In this document: piece after piece, positions 30,554 through 40,600 of the stretch | How positions within the stretch are numbered: position 1 is the stretch's first letter | Layout of the letters: every line of letters begins with the position of its first letter | Source of the DNA: Candidatus Thalassarchaeaceae archaeon | GTDB lineage: Archaea > Thermoplasmatota > Poseidoniia > Poseidoniales > Thalassarchaeaceae | DNA: 64,000 nt | NCBI GenBank assembly: GCA_045568235.1 | Contig: JBJLBJ010000023.1 | Span: forward strand, 20,531-84,530 | Direction of reading: 5' to 3' | The notes under the pieces: generated by a model | The model's input: only the letters and a program-made list of their open reading frames with translations | Database searches by the model: none | What the model was told of the DNA's origin: nothing | Position numbers and translations under genes: made by a program

Positions 30554-31438
30554 TCAATCTTCACTGTATTTCACCGGAGGCGGAGTTGGGAGAGGAGGAA
30601 GTCCAGGTGGCTCAGGCAATGGAGGAAGTCCGGGTGGCTCAGGCAATGGAGGAAGTCCAGGTGGCTCAGGCAATGGAGGAATAATATCTTCAATATTTTT
30701 ATTCGGGACGTGTAGAGGTATTCTTACTTTCAATATACGTTGTTGATCTATTCTGACATATGATATCCCATGAGGAAATGTTCTATCTACTTCTTCTGAT
30801 TCCAATAAAATTGTCAAGCCATGGTTAGGGTCTTCGAGTAATTTTGATATATTTTCGCCATCTTCTGCTTCGGCCCAATTACTTACTTTGGAAGTTTTTC
30901 GTTTGGCTAATTCCATCCTTCTTTCTATAGTTATTTTTTTCTTCAATTCTTCTCTTTTTAATCTCTTTTGGCTAATAAAAATATCAATCTCAGATTCCAT
31001 CTCTGATTGAGGATCAATGGAAGCAACATATGGCATTGCTATTTTGACATCATTTGAATGGTCCTTTTCCTCGACTACTTGAGTTATTTGTTCATCTTCT
31101 AAAGTATCTAATTCAAATGCTTCATCGATAACATTTCTTCCACGGCTACGTTTTATTTTTTGTTCACGACGGTAGTTTGCACCCTCGTTTTCCAAAACTG
31201 GCGGAGGTAATTCGATGTCTTTAATTAGTTCATTATCATTATTTTCTAAAAGTTCTTTATGGCTTAAAATTGGCTTAATTGGCGAGGGCCCAGAAAATAA
31301 TAGTAGAGATGTCAACGATAAAAGAAGAATGCCTCCTGCTATTTGAAATTCCAATCCTTCCTTAACGATATAAATCAAATATATTGGAATTCCAAGTAAT
31401 AATGACAATGATATAACCAACTTTGTCATCGACGGCAC
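30554..31438 (-). CDS. Hypothetical membrane protein with proline-rich repetitive C-terminus
   Basis: Two N-terminal TM helices, charged middle region, (PPLPEPPGL)x3 tail. Confidence 0.75.
   Translation of the reverse strand: MPSMTKLVISLSLLLGIPIYLIYIVKEGLEFQIAGGILLLSLTSLLLFSGPSPIKPILSHKELLENNDNELIKDIELPPPVLENEGANYRREQKIKRSRGRNVIDEAFELDTLEDEQITQVVEEKDHSNDVKIAMPYVASIDPQSEMESEIDIFISQKRLKREELKKKITIERRMELAKRKTSKVSNWAEAEDGENISKLLEDPNHGLTILLESEEVDRTFPHGISYVRIDQQRILKVRIPLHVPNKNIEDIIPPLPEPPGLPPLPEPPGLPPLPEPPGLPPLPTPPPVKYSED
30594..30681. repeat. 27-bp coding tandem repeat, about 3.3 copies
   Basis: GGAGGAAGTCC[A/G]GGTGGCTCAGGCAAT at 30594, 30621 and 30648, partial copy at 30675. Confidence 0.95.
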
Positions 31439-31473
31439 AGTAATCCCGAGTTAAGACAAGAGCCACTAACTAT

Positions 31474-32067
31474 TCACTTTGACGGAAGTTTTAGTGAATC
31501 TAGTAGGCCCTTAAGTGAAAAAGTTCGATGAGAGATAAGAGTTTTTTGTTTACGATTCATTTGTGAAAAAGTTGTTCCATTCCCTTCTAAAGGAATGAAT
31601 ATTGGATCATAACCGAAACCTTCTTTTCCTAGTTTTTCAACCGAAATTGTTCCCTTACATACTCCTGAAGATTCCCAAATTTTATTTTTCCAATGCAATA
31701 ATGTTACTGAGCGATATTCTGCGTTACGATTAGTAGATTTTTCTAACAAATTTAGGATTCCATTTAAACCGACAGATTCATACACAAATGATGAAAAAAC
31801 ACCAGGAAAACCGGGAAATTGGTCAATAAATAAACCAGAATCTTCAACCATTATTGCATAATCTTCTAACTCTGTGTCCTCAATTAATGCTATTGCTTGT
31901 TTTAATTTTGAAGTTGCTACTTCTTTCAAATCGGATGATTGTGGCTCAATAAAATTAGGGAATTTACCATTTATTCGTAGTTCCTCAACTGAATGGCCCA
32001 ATTCACTAAGAAGAGTATTGGCCTCCTTTATTTTATCTTGATTACTTGTTGCAAAAAAAATCTTCAT
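31474..32067 (-). CDS. rdgB: Non-canonical purine NTP pyrophosphatase RdgB/HAM1
   Basis: ATSN..K..E, EDSGL, GFGYDPIF, SHR. Confidence 0.95.
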   Translation of the reverse strand: MKIFFATSNQDKIKEANTLLSELGHSVEELRINGKFPNFIEPQSSDLKEVATSKLKQAIALIEDTELEDYAIMVEDSGLFIDQFPGFPGVFSSFVYESVGLNGILNLLEKSTNRNAEYRSVTLLHWKNKIWESSGVCKGTISVEKLGKEGFGYDPIFIPLEGNGTTFSQMNRKQKTLISHRTFSLKGLLDSLKLPSK

Positions 32068-32075
32068 AATTTCAC

Positions 32076-32744
32076 CTATGCATGATAACGTACTCTGCCC
32101 CTAATCTCATTAAAACGGGAAATTACTTCAGACGCAGAGATTACGTCTTCCTTTTCCGAATCTGCAGAAAGATACCCTTCAACCATATCTTCAACTGCAT
32201 TTTCATATTCTGAATGACTTGCTGTAAGGCATTCATTCAAGACTTGCAAATCTAGACCTAAATGTTCAAGTTCAGGTAATATTTTAGCTAATCCAAAATC
32301 AATTAATGATAAATTACCACCATCATCAATTAGAACATTATGAGTTGTCAAATCACCATGAGATATTCCAATTTCATGTAATTCTCTAATTATTGCTCCA
32401 AATAGTTTAATTTTTTCAGAAATTAAATTATTTTTATTGTTCAGGTAATCAAATAAAGTAATTCCTTCAATTTTAGACATCAAAATCCATCCCTGCTCTA
32501 GGTCCAAATCGATTATAGAAGGAGAGGATAGGTTATGATATTGAAGTCGCCCTAATGCCCTAGCTTCTACAGTCAATCTTTGACGTGTCAACTTACGATC
32601 TAAATGAGGAGTCCTATATCCTCTGGGCTTCCTCATCTTCAATACTGCTGATTTCCCCATCCAAGAGCCCGCAGTAACAGTAGCTTCTGCCCCTTGATGG
32701 AGTACTTTATCGACTATCCACATCGGAACATCGGCGGCTTCCAT
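32076..32744 (-). CDS. bud32: KEOPS complex kinase/ATPase Bud32
   Basis: QGAEA, K.R..YR..LD, HGDLTT.N, IDFGL, C-terminal RVRY. Confidence 0.93.
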   Translation of the reverse strand: MEAADVPMWIVDKVLHQGAEATVTAGSWMGKSAVLKMRKPRGYRTPHLDRKLTRQRLTVEARALGRLQYHNLSSPSIIDLDLEQGWILMSKIEGITLFDYLNNKNNLISEKIKLFGAIIRELHEIGISHGDLTTHNVLIDDGGNLSLIDFGLAKILPELEHLGLDLQVLNECLTASHSEYENAVEDMVEGYLSADSEKEDVISASEVISRFNEIRGRVRYHA

Positions 32745-32801
32745 GCTCATGCGATATGACATACCTTGAAAGCGGTTTCATTCGAGGAGGCCTTGAAGAA
32801 G

Positions 32802-33887
32802 ATGACTATGGAGATGCCTGGGGTGCCTCAACAAAAAGGCATTATCGCCTCAAAAAATTATTCTGAGGCAGATATTCAATTAGAAGCAGAGCGTTTAAAC
32901 AATGTAATTCAGCAAAAAGAAAGATGGGATATTGATATGTGTAAAACTATAGCCCCTTTGACGCTAGAAATTAATAATTTAAAGAAAGAGAAGGATGTTT
33001 TCATAATAGCGCATTCATATCAAACTCCAGATATCATTTATGGAGTAGCCGATGAAGTATCAGATAGTTATTCATTATCTAAAGCTGCAAGAGATGCTCC
33101 TCAACAAACAATTCTCTTTTCGAGTGTTAGATTTATGGCTGAAACAGCAAAGATAGTGAGTCCTCATAAAACAGTTTTACATCCTTCTCCAGAAGCTGGA
33201 TGTTCGTTAAGTGATGGCATTAATGGGCAAGATGTAAGAAATCTTAAACATAAATATCCAGGAATACCTGTTGCATGTTATATTAATACCACTGCAGAAG
33301 TAAAGGCAGAGTGTGATGTATGTGTCACAAGTAGTAATTATCTATCTATTTGTGAGAAATTACCAGGTAATAAGTTGATTTTTGTACCTGATAAATTTAT
33401 GGGCAAACATCTACAAGAATCTCTTAAGGGGAAGAAAGAAGTTATTGTATATGATGGAGAATGTGAAGTACATGCAGTTTTCACAGGAGAAAAAATAAGG
33501 TCGTGGAGAGAAAGGATGAATCAACAAGGTATTGAATTAACTGTTTTGAGCCATCCTGAATGTGCTTCGGATGTTTTAGAAGAAAGTGATATAATTGGAA
33601 GTAGTGAATCTTTAATAAAAAATGCATTAGAATTATCTGCAAACGGTAAAAAGGATATTATGCTCATTACTGAATGTGGCACTGCTGAACGAATTATGGC
33701 AGAATCAGAGAATGAATTGAATCTTATTGGTGCTTGTGTAATGTGCAGACATATGAAAAAGACGCAATTGGAAGATATATTACAAGCGTTGAAGAATCCA
33801 AAACCGGAACAAATTATTCAAATAGATCAAGATATCATAAATAAAGCTAGAATAAGTCTTGATGAAATGTTTAGACTTGCAGAATAA
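32802..33887 (+). CDS. nadA: Quinolinate synthase A
   Basis: AHSYQ, FMAETAK, GCSL, YINT, CEVH, HPEC, C..MK; start 32802 or 32808. Confidence 0.95.
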   Translation: MTMEMPGVPQQKGIIASKNYSEADIQLEAERLNNVIQQKERWDIDMCKTIAPLTLEINNLKKEKDVFIIAHSYQTPDIIYGVADEVSDSYSLSKAARDAPQQTILFSSVRFMAETAKIVSPHKTVLHPSPEAGCSLSDGINGQDVRNLKHKYPGIPVACYINTTAEVKAECDVCVTSSNYLSICEKLPGNKLIFVPDKFMGKHLQESLKGKKEVIVYDGECEVHAVFTGEKIRSWRERMNQQGIELTVLSHPECASDVLEESDIIGSSESLIKNALELSANGKKDIMLITECGTAERIMAESENELNLIGACVMCRHMKKTQLEDILQALKNPKPEQIIQIDQDIINKARISLDEMFRLAE

Positions 33888-35960
33888 TCACGAGTTTTTT
33901 TCTTTAGCTGATTGGGAGGCCCAGACGAACGTCAAAGGGATTAGCATCAGAATTGCTGATTGAATTAAAACTGAAGAATAAGGGCGAAAGATTTCCTTCA
34001 ATGGATATACGATAACTTCTAAGTCGCCATTATCTTTTACATCTGTCCATGTAATACTCTCTTCCAAAGCATGCGGCTGAAGTTGATTTAAATCATCATA
34101 TGTTAAACGTGATGATTGATTTGTTACAATATCATATAACCAAACATCATTTGGTTCAGATGGTTCTTGATTTAACAATGTGGGATTCCAAGAAGATATT
34201 TGTAAGAAGGCGATATTGTTGCCATAGATGCTTGGAGAAGAGGATTGCCACAATGGATCCCCCAAAATGCTTTGATTACCAGAGAAAATATCCACTAACA
34301 CTAGTCTATCCATATATCCTAAATCAACTAATGCTATCAACCATTTATCATCCAATATCAATTCCTTAATTGTTGAGTTGGAATAATCTATTATTATATC
34401 CTCAGCCAATAAAGTGGCGTCAGAAAGAGAATCTCTTGGATTAATTTCAATATTTGATTTTAATTGGGAGTCAAAAGAAGTAATATTGACTAAAAGATTG
34501 TCAGTAGAATTTGATGACCAAGCAATTAAATTATCTGAGGCTGTTACGGCATTAAATGGTCCATTCAATAAAGGAGGAAGTAAATCACCGTCTTTATTCA
34601 ATAAACTCAAAAAAGAATTATGAGAAATTACTATGACAAATCCATCTGAATTGGAACCTAGAGAAACATCGTCTATATCATTTTCAGGATAATATCGAAA
34701 CAGAGGTTGTAATATTTCAAAATTATCATTGAATTCGAAGTAATCAATTCTTTCTTCGGTGAATAAAGCAAACCCCTCATCCGATGTTACTACATTTGGC
34801 AACATACTCCAAGGCTTAGTAGATACAGAATAATTTTTTAGAGTCGTAGTATTCCAAGTAGTAATAGAAATAGTCTCATCAGGTAATTCTTCAATCGTTA
34901 CAAGCCAATCTCCTGTTCCAGAAGTAGAAGTAGGCCATTCTGAACCCTCGATTGGGAAATGTTGATGTGTCGCATCCCATAATAAAATACTACCTGTAGA
35001 TAGCATAAGTACGGCTATGAAAAGACTGGTTTGTTTCTTTCCAGGCTCTCTAAATGGCTCAATAATGGAATCTAATCCATCTAATGATTCTGAAAAAGAT
35101 TTTTTTGGATTATCTAATGCTCTTGCTAAACGGGAAGAGAAGCGTCTTTCGTCAAAAATATCCCATATTCTTTTATGAGTTCTTTCAGTCATTCTAACTG
35201 CTAAAATAGCAATTACCATTCCTCCAATAATGTCAACTAGCCAATGGATTCCAAGATAAATTATCGAAAAAGCAGTAAATAAGATGAAGATTAATAAAAA
35301 GTTCCTGTATTTTACCCATCTTCCATCTTCATCCCACTTTTGCATAGAAAGCCAAACAGCAAAGGGTAATCCAATATGTAAGCTTGGCATTCCATTAGTA
35401 AATGGATCAATACGAGTAAACCAATTATGTATTTCAGGAGTTAAATCGTATGCGATTGTCTCCATCAAGGGTATGTGATCTCCAGTTACCCTTACATTAA
35501 AGAATAAATAGAACGGGATGGCGAATGTATAAACCCAAAAAATAGACAAGCAAACGCGATCTGCCATATGACGGTCATCAAAATAAATAGGATATATTAG
35601 TGAAGAAAAAGTTACTGCCATAAATCCCATAACATAAAAATGGGTCAAAATTTGGTCAAGTAAAATTGAACGGAAACCTTCTTGTATCCACAAAACTACA
35701 TCGCCTTCAATTGCATAAACATAAGGAGTCATGTCTATTCTGGTATTTGCCATTAAAGATCTATCCAAACCATCAAACAAATCTTTCCAAATATAGACTG
35801 AAAAAACAACAATTACATGTGCCCAATATCTTCTAAACATATCAATGAAGCCATCTGTTGTTATTTTGGCATAAGGAGGTTTGAAAATTGGCATAAAAAT
35901 GATACTCAAGAGGATTGCACCAGTAACCCAAGTGATGTATATGCCTGTCTCAGCAACCAT
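33888..35960 (-). CDS. PAP2/inositol-phosphorylceramide-synthase-like membrane protein fused to an extracytoplasmic beta-propeller-like domain
   Basis: GMPSLH and YLGIHWLVD PAP2 motifs; C-terminal beta-rich domain (PSIYGNNIAF, DVWLYDI...RLT) plus terminal TM. Confidence 0.8.
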   Translation of the reverse strand: MVAETGIYITWVTGAILLSIIFMPIFKPPYAKITTDGFIDMFRRYWAHVIVVFSVYIWKDLFDGLDRSLMANTRIDMTPYVYAIEGDVVLWIQEGFRSILLDQILTHFYVMGFMAVTFSSLIYPIYFDDRHMADRVCLSIFWVYTFAIPFYLFFNVRVTGDHIPLMETIAYDLTPEIHNWFTRIDPFTNGMPSLHIGLPFAVWLSMQKWDEDGRWVKYRNFLLIFILFTAFSIIYLGIHWLVDIIGGMVIAILAVRMTERTHKRIWDIFDERRFSSRLARALDNPKKSFSESLDGLDSIIEPFREPGKKQTSLFIAVLMLSTGSILLWDATHQHFPIEGSEWPTSTSGTGDWLVTIEELPDETISITTWNTTTLKNYSVSTKPWSMLPNVVTSDEGFALFTEERIDYFEFNDNFEILQPLFRYYPENDIDDVSLGSNSDGFVIVISHNSFLSLLNKDGDLLPPLLNGPFNAVTASDNLIAWSSNSTDNLLVNITSFDSQLKSNIEINPRDSLSDATLLAEDIIIDYSNSTIKELILDDKWLIALVDLGYMDRLVLVDIFSGNQSILGDPLWQSSSPSIYGNNIAFLQISSWNPTLLNQEPSEPNDVWLYDIVTNQSSRLTYDDLNQLQPHALEESITWTDVKDNGDLEVIVYPLKEIFRPYSSVLIQSAILMLIPLTFVWASQSAKEKNS

Positions 35961-36019
35961 GTTAGTAATACAGGGGAGTCGTCTTTATGAAATCAATTCG
36001 ACCCATAAGTATGGCCAAA

Positions 36020-37033
36020 TTAAGTGATTTTTAAAGAAGGAGTAGTATCTTCATTAAGTGAATTAGTGATGTTGTCAACAATTATATTGAATGCCTGTGC
36101 TGTTTCTCCTTCAGGCTCAGCAATAATCCTATGTACGCCATCATCTCCTCCTCTGACTATTCCTGGATCAAATGGTAAAGAACCGAGATATGGAACAGAT
36201 AATTCTTCTGCCGCAGAAAGTCCTCCTCCTTTCTTGAAAATATCAAGAGTAGTGGACCAATTTCCTTCATCATCCGACATACAATCTATCGAAATTCCCT
36301 CAGGACCAATTAAAGATACTTTAGAATTGGGTTCAGATTTTCCTCTAATCCTATATCCACTCATATTTTCTACAACTCCTAATACTGGAACAGAAATTGT
36401 TTTAGCAAAGTTGATCGATTTTCTACTATCTAGCAATGCAACTTCTTGTGGAGTGGTTACTATTACTACGCCATCAATTCCTGGAAGATGTTGGCTCACA
36501 GTCAATGGTTCATCGCTAGTACCAGGAGGGAAATCTACGATTAAAGCATCTAATTTACCCCAAGCGACATCTCCGATGAATTGTTGTATTGCGCCTAATT
36601 TAATTGGCCCTCTCCATATCACAGGCTTATCTGGATCTTCAATCAAAAAGGCCATTGAAATTACTTTAACTCCGTGCGGTCCTTTTGCGGGAAAAATTTG
36701 GCCGTCTTCTACATTTAAATCCATATCTTCTAAGCCTAGCATCTTTGGAATATTTGGGCCAGTAATATCAATATCCATTAACCCTACTTTCAACCCTTTT
36801 CTGGCCAATGATAAAGCTAGTCCCGTCGCAACAGTTGATTTACCAACACCACCTTTTCCTGAAAGAACTAATATTTTATGTTTGATATCATCGTTTAATT
36901 TGGCGATTCTCATCTTCCTTTGCATTTCTCTATATGCTTGTTCCATCTGTGATTTTTGCTCATTAGTAGCAGTTTCTTGTTTGGATTTTTCTTGCCCAGT
37001 TCCTTCGTGATGGCTTATTGGAGAATCTCCCAT
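36020..37033 (-). CDS. Mrp/NBP35 family P-loop ATPase (atypical)
   Basis: SGKGGVGKST, VIWRGP, DFPPGTSD, VTTPQ, VENMSG. Confidence 0.92.
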   Translation of the reverse strand: MGDSPISHHEGTGQEKSKQETATNEQKSQMEQAYREMQRKMRIAKLNDDIKHKILVLSGKGGVGKSTVATGLALSLARKGLKVGLMDIDITGPNIPKMLGLEDMDLNVEDGQIFPAKGPHGVKVISMAFLIEDPDKPVIWRGPIKLGAIQQFIGDVAWGKLDALIVDFPPGTSDEPLTVSQHLPGIDGVVIVTTPQEVALLDSRKSINFAKTISVPVLGVVENMSGYRIRGKSEPNSKVSLIGPEGISIDCMSDDEGNWSTTLDIFKKGGGLSAAEELSVPYLGSLPFDPGIVRGGDDGVHRIIAEPEGETAQAFNIIVDNITNSLNEDTTPSLKIT

Positions 37034-37155
37034 ATTCAATGGCAATAGTAGTTGTACTTCAACTATATCCACGACAATCATGAAAAATTAAATTTAGATG
37101 GGACTATAGAAAATATTTTAGTTAAATTGATTAATATGTGACTAATGGAAAGAAT

Positions 37156-37512
37156 ATGAAGGTGCTATTTGTTTGTGTTGGCAATACATGTCGTAGTCAA
37201 ATGGCTGAAGCAATAGCAAAAGAGATGGGGCATGAGGCAGTTTCCGCTGGCACCCATCCTGGAAGAAAAATTGCACCTAATGCAATCAAAGTACTATCGG
37301 AGATTGGCTTATCTGTTGAAAATCAATTTCCTAAATCAACTGATGATATTGACTCCCATGGTTTTGACAAAATAATCAGCATGGGGTGTGGAGTAAATTG
37401 TCCTAACTTAAGAATTTCACAAGATTGGAATTTAGAAGATCCTCATGGACGTGAAATAAATTTTTATCGGGAGACCAGAGATAAAATTTTGAATTATCTT
37501 TCTGATTTATGA
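37156..37512 (+). CDS. ArsC / low-molecular-weight phosphatase family
   Basis: FVCVGNTCRSQMAE, SAGT, MGC...CP, W.LEDP. Confidence 0.9.
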   Translation: MKVLFVCVGNTCRSQMAEAIAKEMGHEAVSAGTHPGRKIAPNAIKVLSEIGLSVENQFPKSTDDIDSHGFDKIISMGCGVNCPNLRISQDWNLEDPHGREINFYRETRDKILNYLSDL

Positions 37513-37563
37513 TGATTATTCACCGACGTATAGAAAAGTGAATTCCTTTTCCAGTTGGATTAC

Positions 37564-37638
37564 ACGAGTGTAGTGTAGTGGTTATCACCGGGCGTTGCCA
37601 ACGCCTGAACCCGGGTTCAAATCCCGGCACTCGTACCA
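37564..37638 (+). tRNA. tRNA-Gly(GCC), CCA encoded
   Basis: Acceptor ACGAGTG/CACTCGT, anticodon arm GGGCG-TTGCCAA-CGCCT, T arm CCGGG-TTCAAAT-CCCGG, A73 followed by CCA. Confidence 0.96.
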
Positions 37639-37651
37639 TTCTTTCAAATAT

Positions 37652-40600
37652 TCACAATTCTGAATTTCTCAGTAAATAATATGCTCCACCGAATCCGATT
37701 AATAACAAAAATATCATCAAAAATGATATTAAAAACATTGAATTTTCTGATAACCAATTATCAAATTCAGAATTATTGGAAGTTCCTCTTTCTAAAAATA
37801 AGGTATGTTCTTGTGATTCTGCCGGCGTTACTGAGAGATAACTGTCCGTTGCCCGTATCAAAATTGTAAATTCTCCTTCTGATAATGTATTCCTGACATC
37901 GAAAGAAATAGTATATATGTTATCGTTAGCTATTCTATCTCCATTATTGCCATTATCCTCTAACAATAACCATGAATTGGAACTACCTATTGGAGCCAGT
38001 CTACCAATTTTAATCTGTGCTGAAGAAATATCATCCACATCATTTACGGTGACTTCAAGTGTATGAGATATTGGAACTCCACTTTCAGGGATGAGGATTT
38101 TACTTACAATTTGACTATTTCTATATAATGTAATATTATTTACTGATGGTGAGTCATTTAAAATTGTCAGTCTGTTTGCATCTTTGAATTGGCCATTAAT
38201 AAATATCTGAGAAGTTGTCCTAGATTCTCCAGTGCTATCTACGAGCCTTATTATCAAATTTCGCTCTCCAGGAGTAAAGGCCTCAGGAATATTAAAAACA
38301 CCAATCCATAATTCTTCTACTAATTCTAAAATAGTAATTCCTCCTCCATTACCAAACATATCGATAGATACAGAATCGACGCCATGGCCGTCAACTGCCT
38401 TTATTGAAACAGATACCTGCTCGCCTCTGAATACTTGGCTTGGAGTAAATTCAATTGAAAGCATCCTTGGAGCTTCATTAAGGACTATTATGGTAATATT
38501 TTGAGTTACACTAGTCCATATATCTTGTAATATTATGGGTATCTCAATAACACCATATTGTAATCCGTTATGAATTATTTCAGTAGTCCAAATATTATCT
38601 CTTATCACTAAATCTCCATTTAACCCTGAATCAGAAAGAGGTATTTTTCCTAATCCTAATTCAGAAAAATCAGCAATTACCGAAACCACATCAGTATCTA
38701 TATCAGTAACTAGAATTTCTAAATTAGCCTTACCTCCTTCATTGAATAAATAACCTTCTCTAAATCTAACAGATGAGTTTGAAGATGTATTGATAATGGG
38801 AGCAGAATTTTCACTTGAAGATATTATTGAAGGATATAGTATAGTATCAGTTAGTTGATATTCTAAGAATTTTATACTTTCATTATTTGAATCATTGCCA
38901 TTACCAAAATCTACAGTTCGGTACACTTCATGTAATAGTCCTGCGAGTAAGCCTTCATTTACTACACTGCCAAAGGCATTATTAGAGTTGAAATAATTAC
39001 CTTCCCAGAGAGCAATTGAAACGGTATGAGAATCTATATTTACAATATCTAAATCAACTACACTTACTTCAAGAGGTAGTGCTAAATTACCAATTAGATG
39101 AAAATGATCTCCTAAAAACAATATTTCAGGACACAATCCAGTTTCCCTAGATATTGGATTAGAAAATATAGATTCTGAGACAGGAGGTTGTGGTTGGATG
39201 ATTGTGGGGGAATTTGGGGGGTATTCATATTGAACAGAGCCATTGTCCTCGACGTATTCATATTTCAGGATTCTATTATCCCAATCTTCCTGAGGTACAG
39301 TGTACTCATATGTTAAATTATGTTCTGCACTAAATTCTTGATCTATTGGGCCTATTGGAGTGGCTGAAACATTAAACCAAAATTCGTTCCTTATTTTATC
39401 TGCTTCAAAATACTCTCCACTTTCATTTGCATAGGCATCGGAATCTACTATTTCCCTCACTAGTCCAAAACTGCCTTCGGCATCTCCACTATAAGTTCCA
39501 TCGACTATAATTGTATCCGAAACTGTTTCACCACCTATTGATTCTATATCAATAACAGGTATAGTACCATTAACCTCTATGTATGGAGATTCGGATGCTA
39601 TGAAATCAAAATTTCCAGCACCAGACATTTTCATAAATTGATGTTCTCGTATTCCATCTTCCCATCTTTCACTGGTCATGAAATCATCTAATTCAAACGA
39701 GAAGGATTCGCCAAAGCCACTGATTCTTACAGAGGCATTTGCCTCTACTTGAGTATCTTGTAAACGTCTGACACCATTTTCGTCCCATGTTTCATAATAA
39801 AATAGAGATATTTCGCCAAATCCTCCTTCAGAACTGTCATTAGAACCTCCATTAAAAGAGAGCCAACCAGATGCCTCTATCCTGATACGCTCAGTGAGAG
39901 TATTTTCTGACCATGAGCGAACGATAAATGCATCCTTGACTTGTGCTTCAATTAACAAACCCTCTCCTTCTTCAGAGTCTGATAAAATTAATGAGCCGCT
40001 ACCTAGCATTTCGAAATCTTGTGTGATTAATTCTGAACCATCATATGATTCATTTAACCAAACTTTACTCAAATCTAGAGAAAGAGTTGTTGTTCTTACT
40101 CCGTCGGATAGATCAAGTAATAGTGAACCATTACCTAATTCATTTGATTCTAGTAACGAATTTGTTCTTTTCTGCCAGCCTCTGCCTTCGAATAGAATTG
40201 ATTGATTAGTATCTGTCTGACCTCCTTCCATTGACCAAGTAGTTTCCCTTGTTACTTCATGGTCAGAAATTGGTTGATTCCATTGAGTTATTGATAATTC
40301 CCTTGTACAAGATGTTTCACTAGTTTCAACAAATAAAATTATTTTGTCATTAAAAATGGGTTGAGAATTTAGAACGATATCAATAACACCTCCTGCATTT
40401 ACAAATGTAATTTCTTCTTGAGATAAAATATCCAGTTCATTACGAAGATGTTCTGCCTGGATGGAAACTCCTCCAGGAGAAGTTCCATTAACATAAGTTG
40501 GTTCAAAATTAACAATATATCTATGAATAAGTTCCGTAGACATATTGGAGTCGAAGCCGCTATATTGGACGTCCCAATCTACTAAAATCTCGCAAGATCT

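Noticed and set aside
30594-30681. 27-bp repeats as a possible CRISPR array
   Set aside because: No spacers; in-frame coding tandem repeat; no cas genes
36024-37010. 328-aa antisense ORF over mrp
   Set aside because: Shadow ORF of a conserved gene; Ser/Pro/Ile-rich with no motifs
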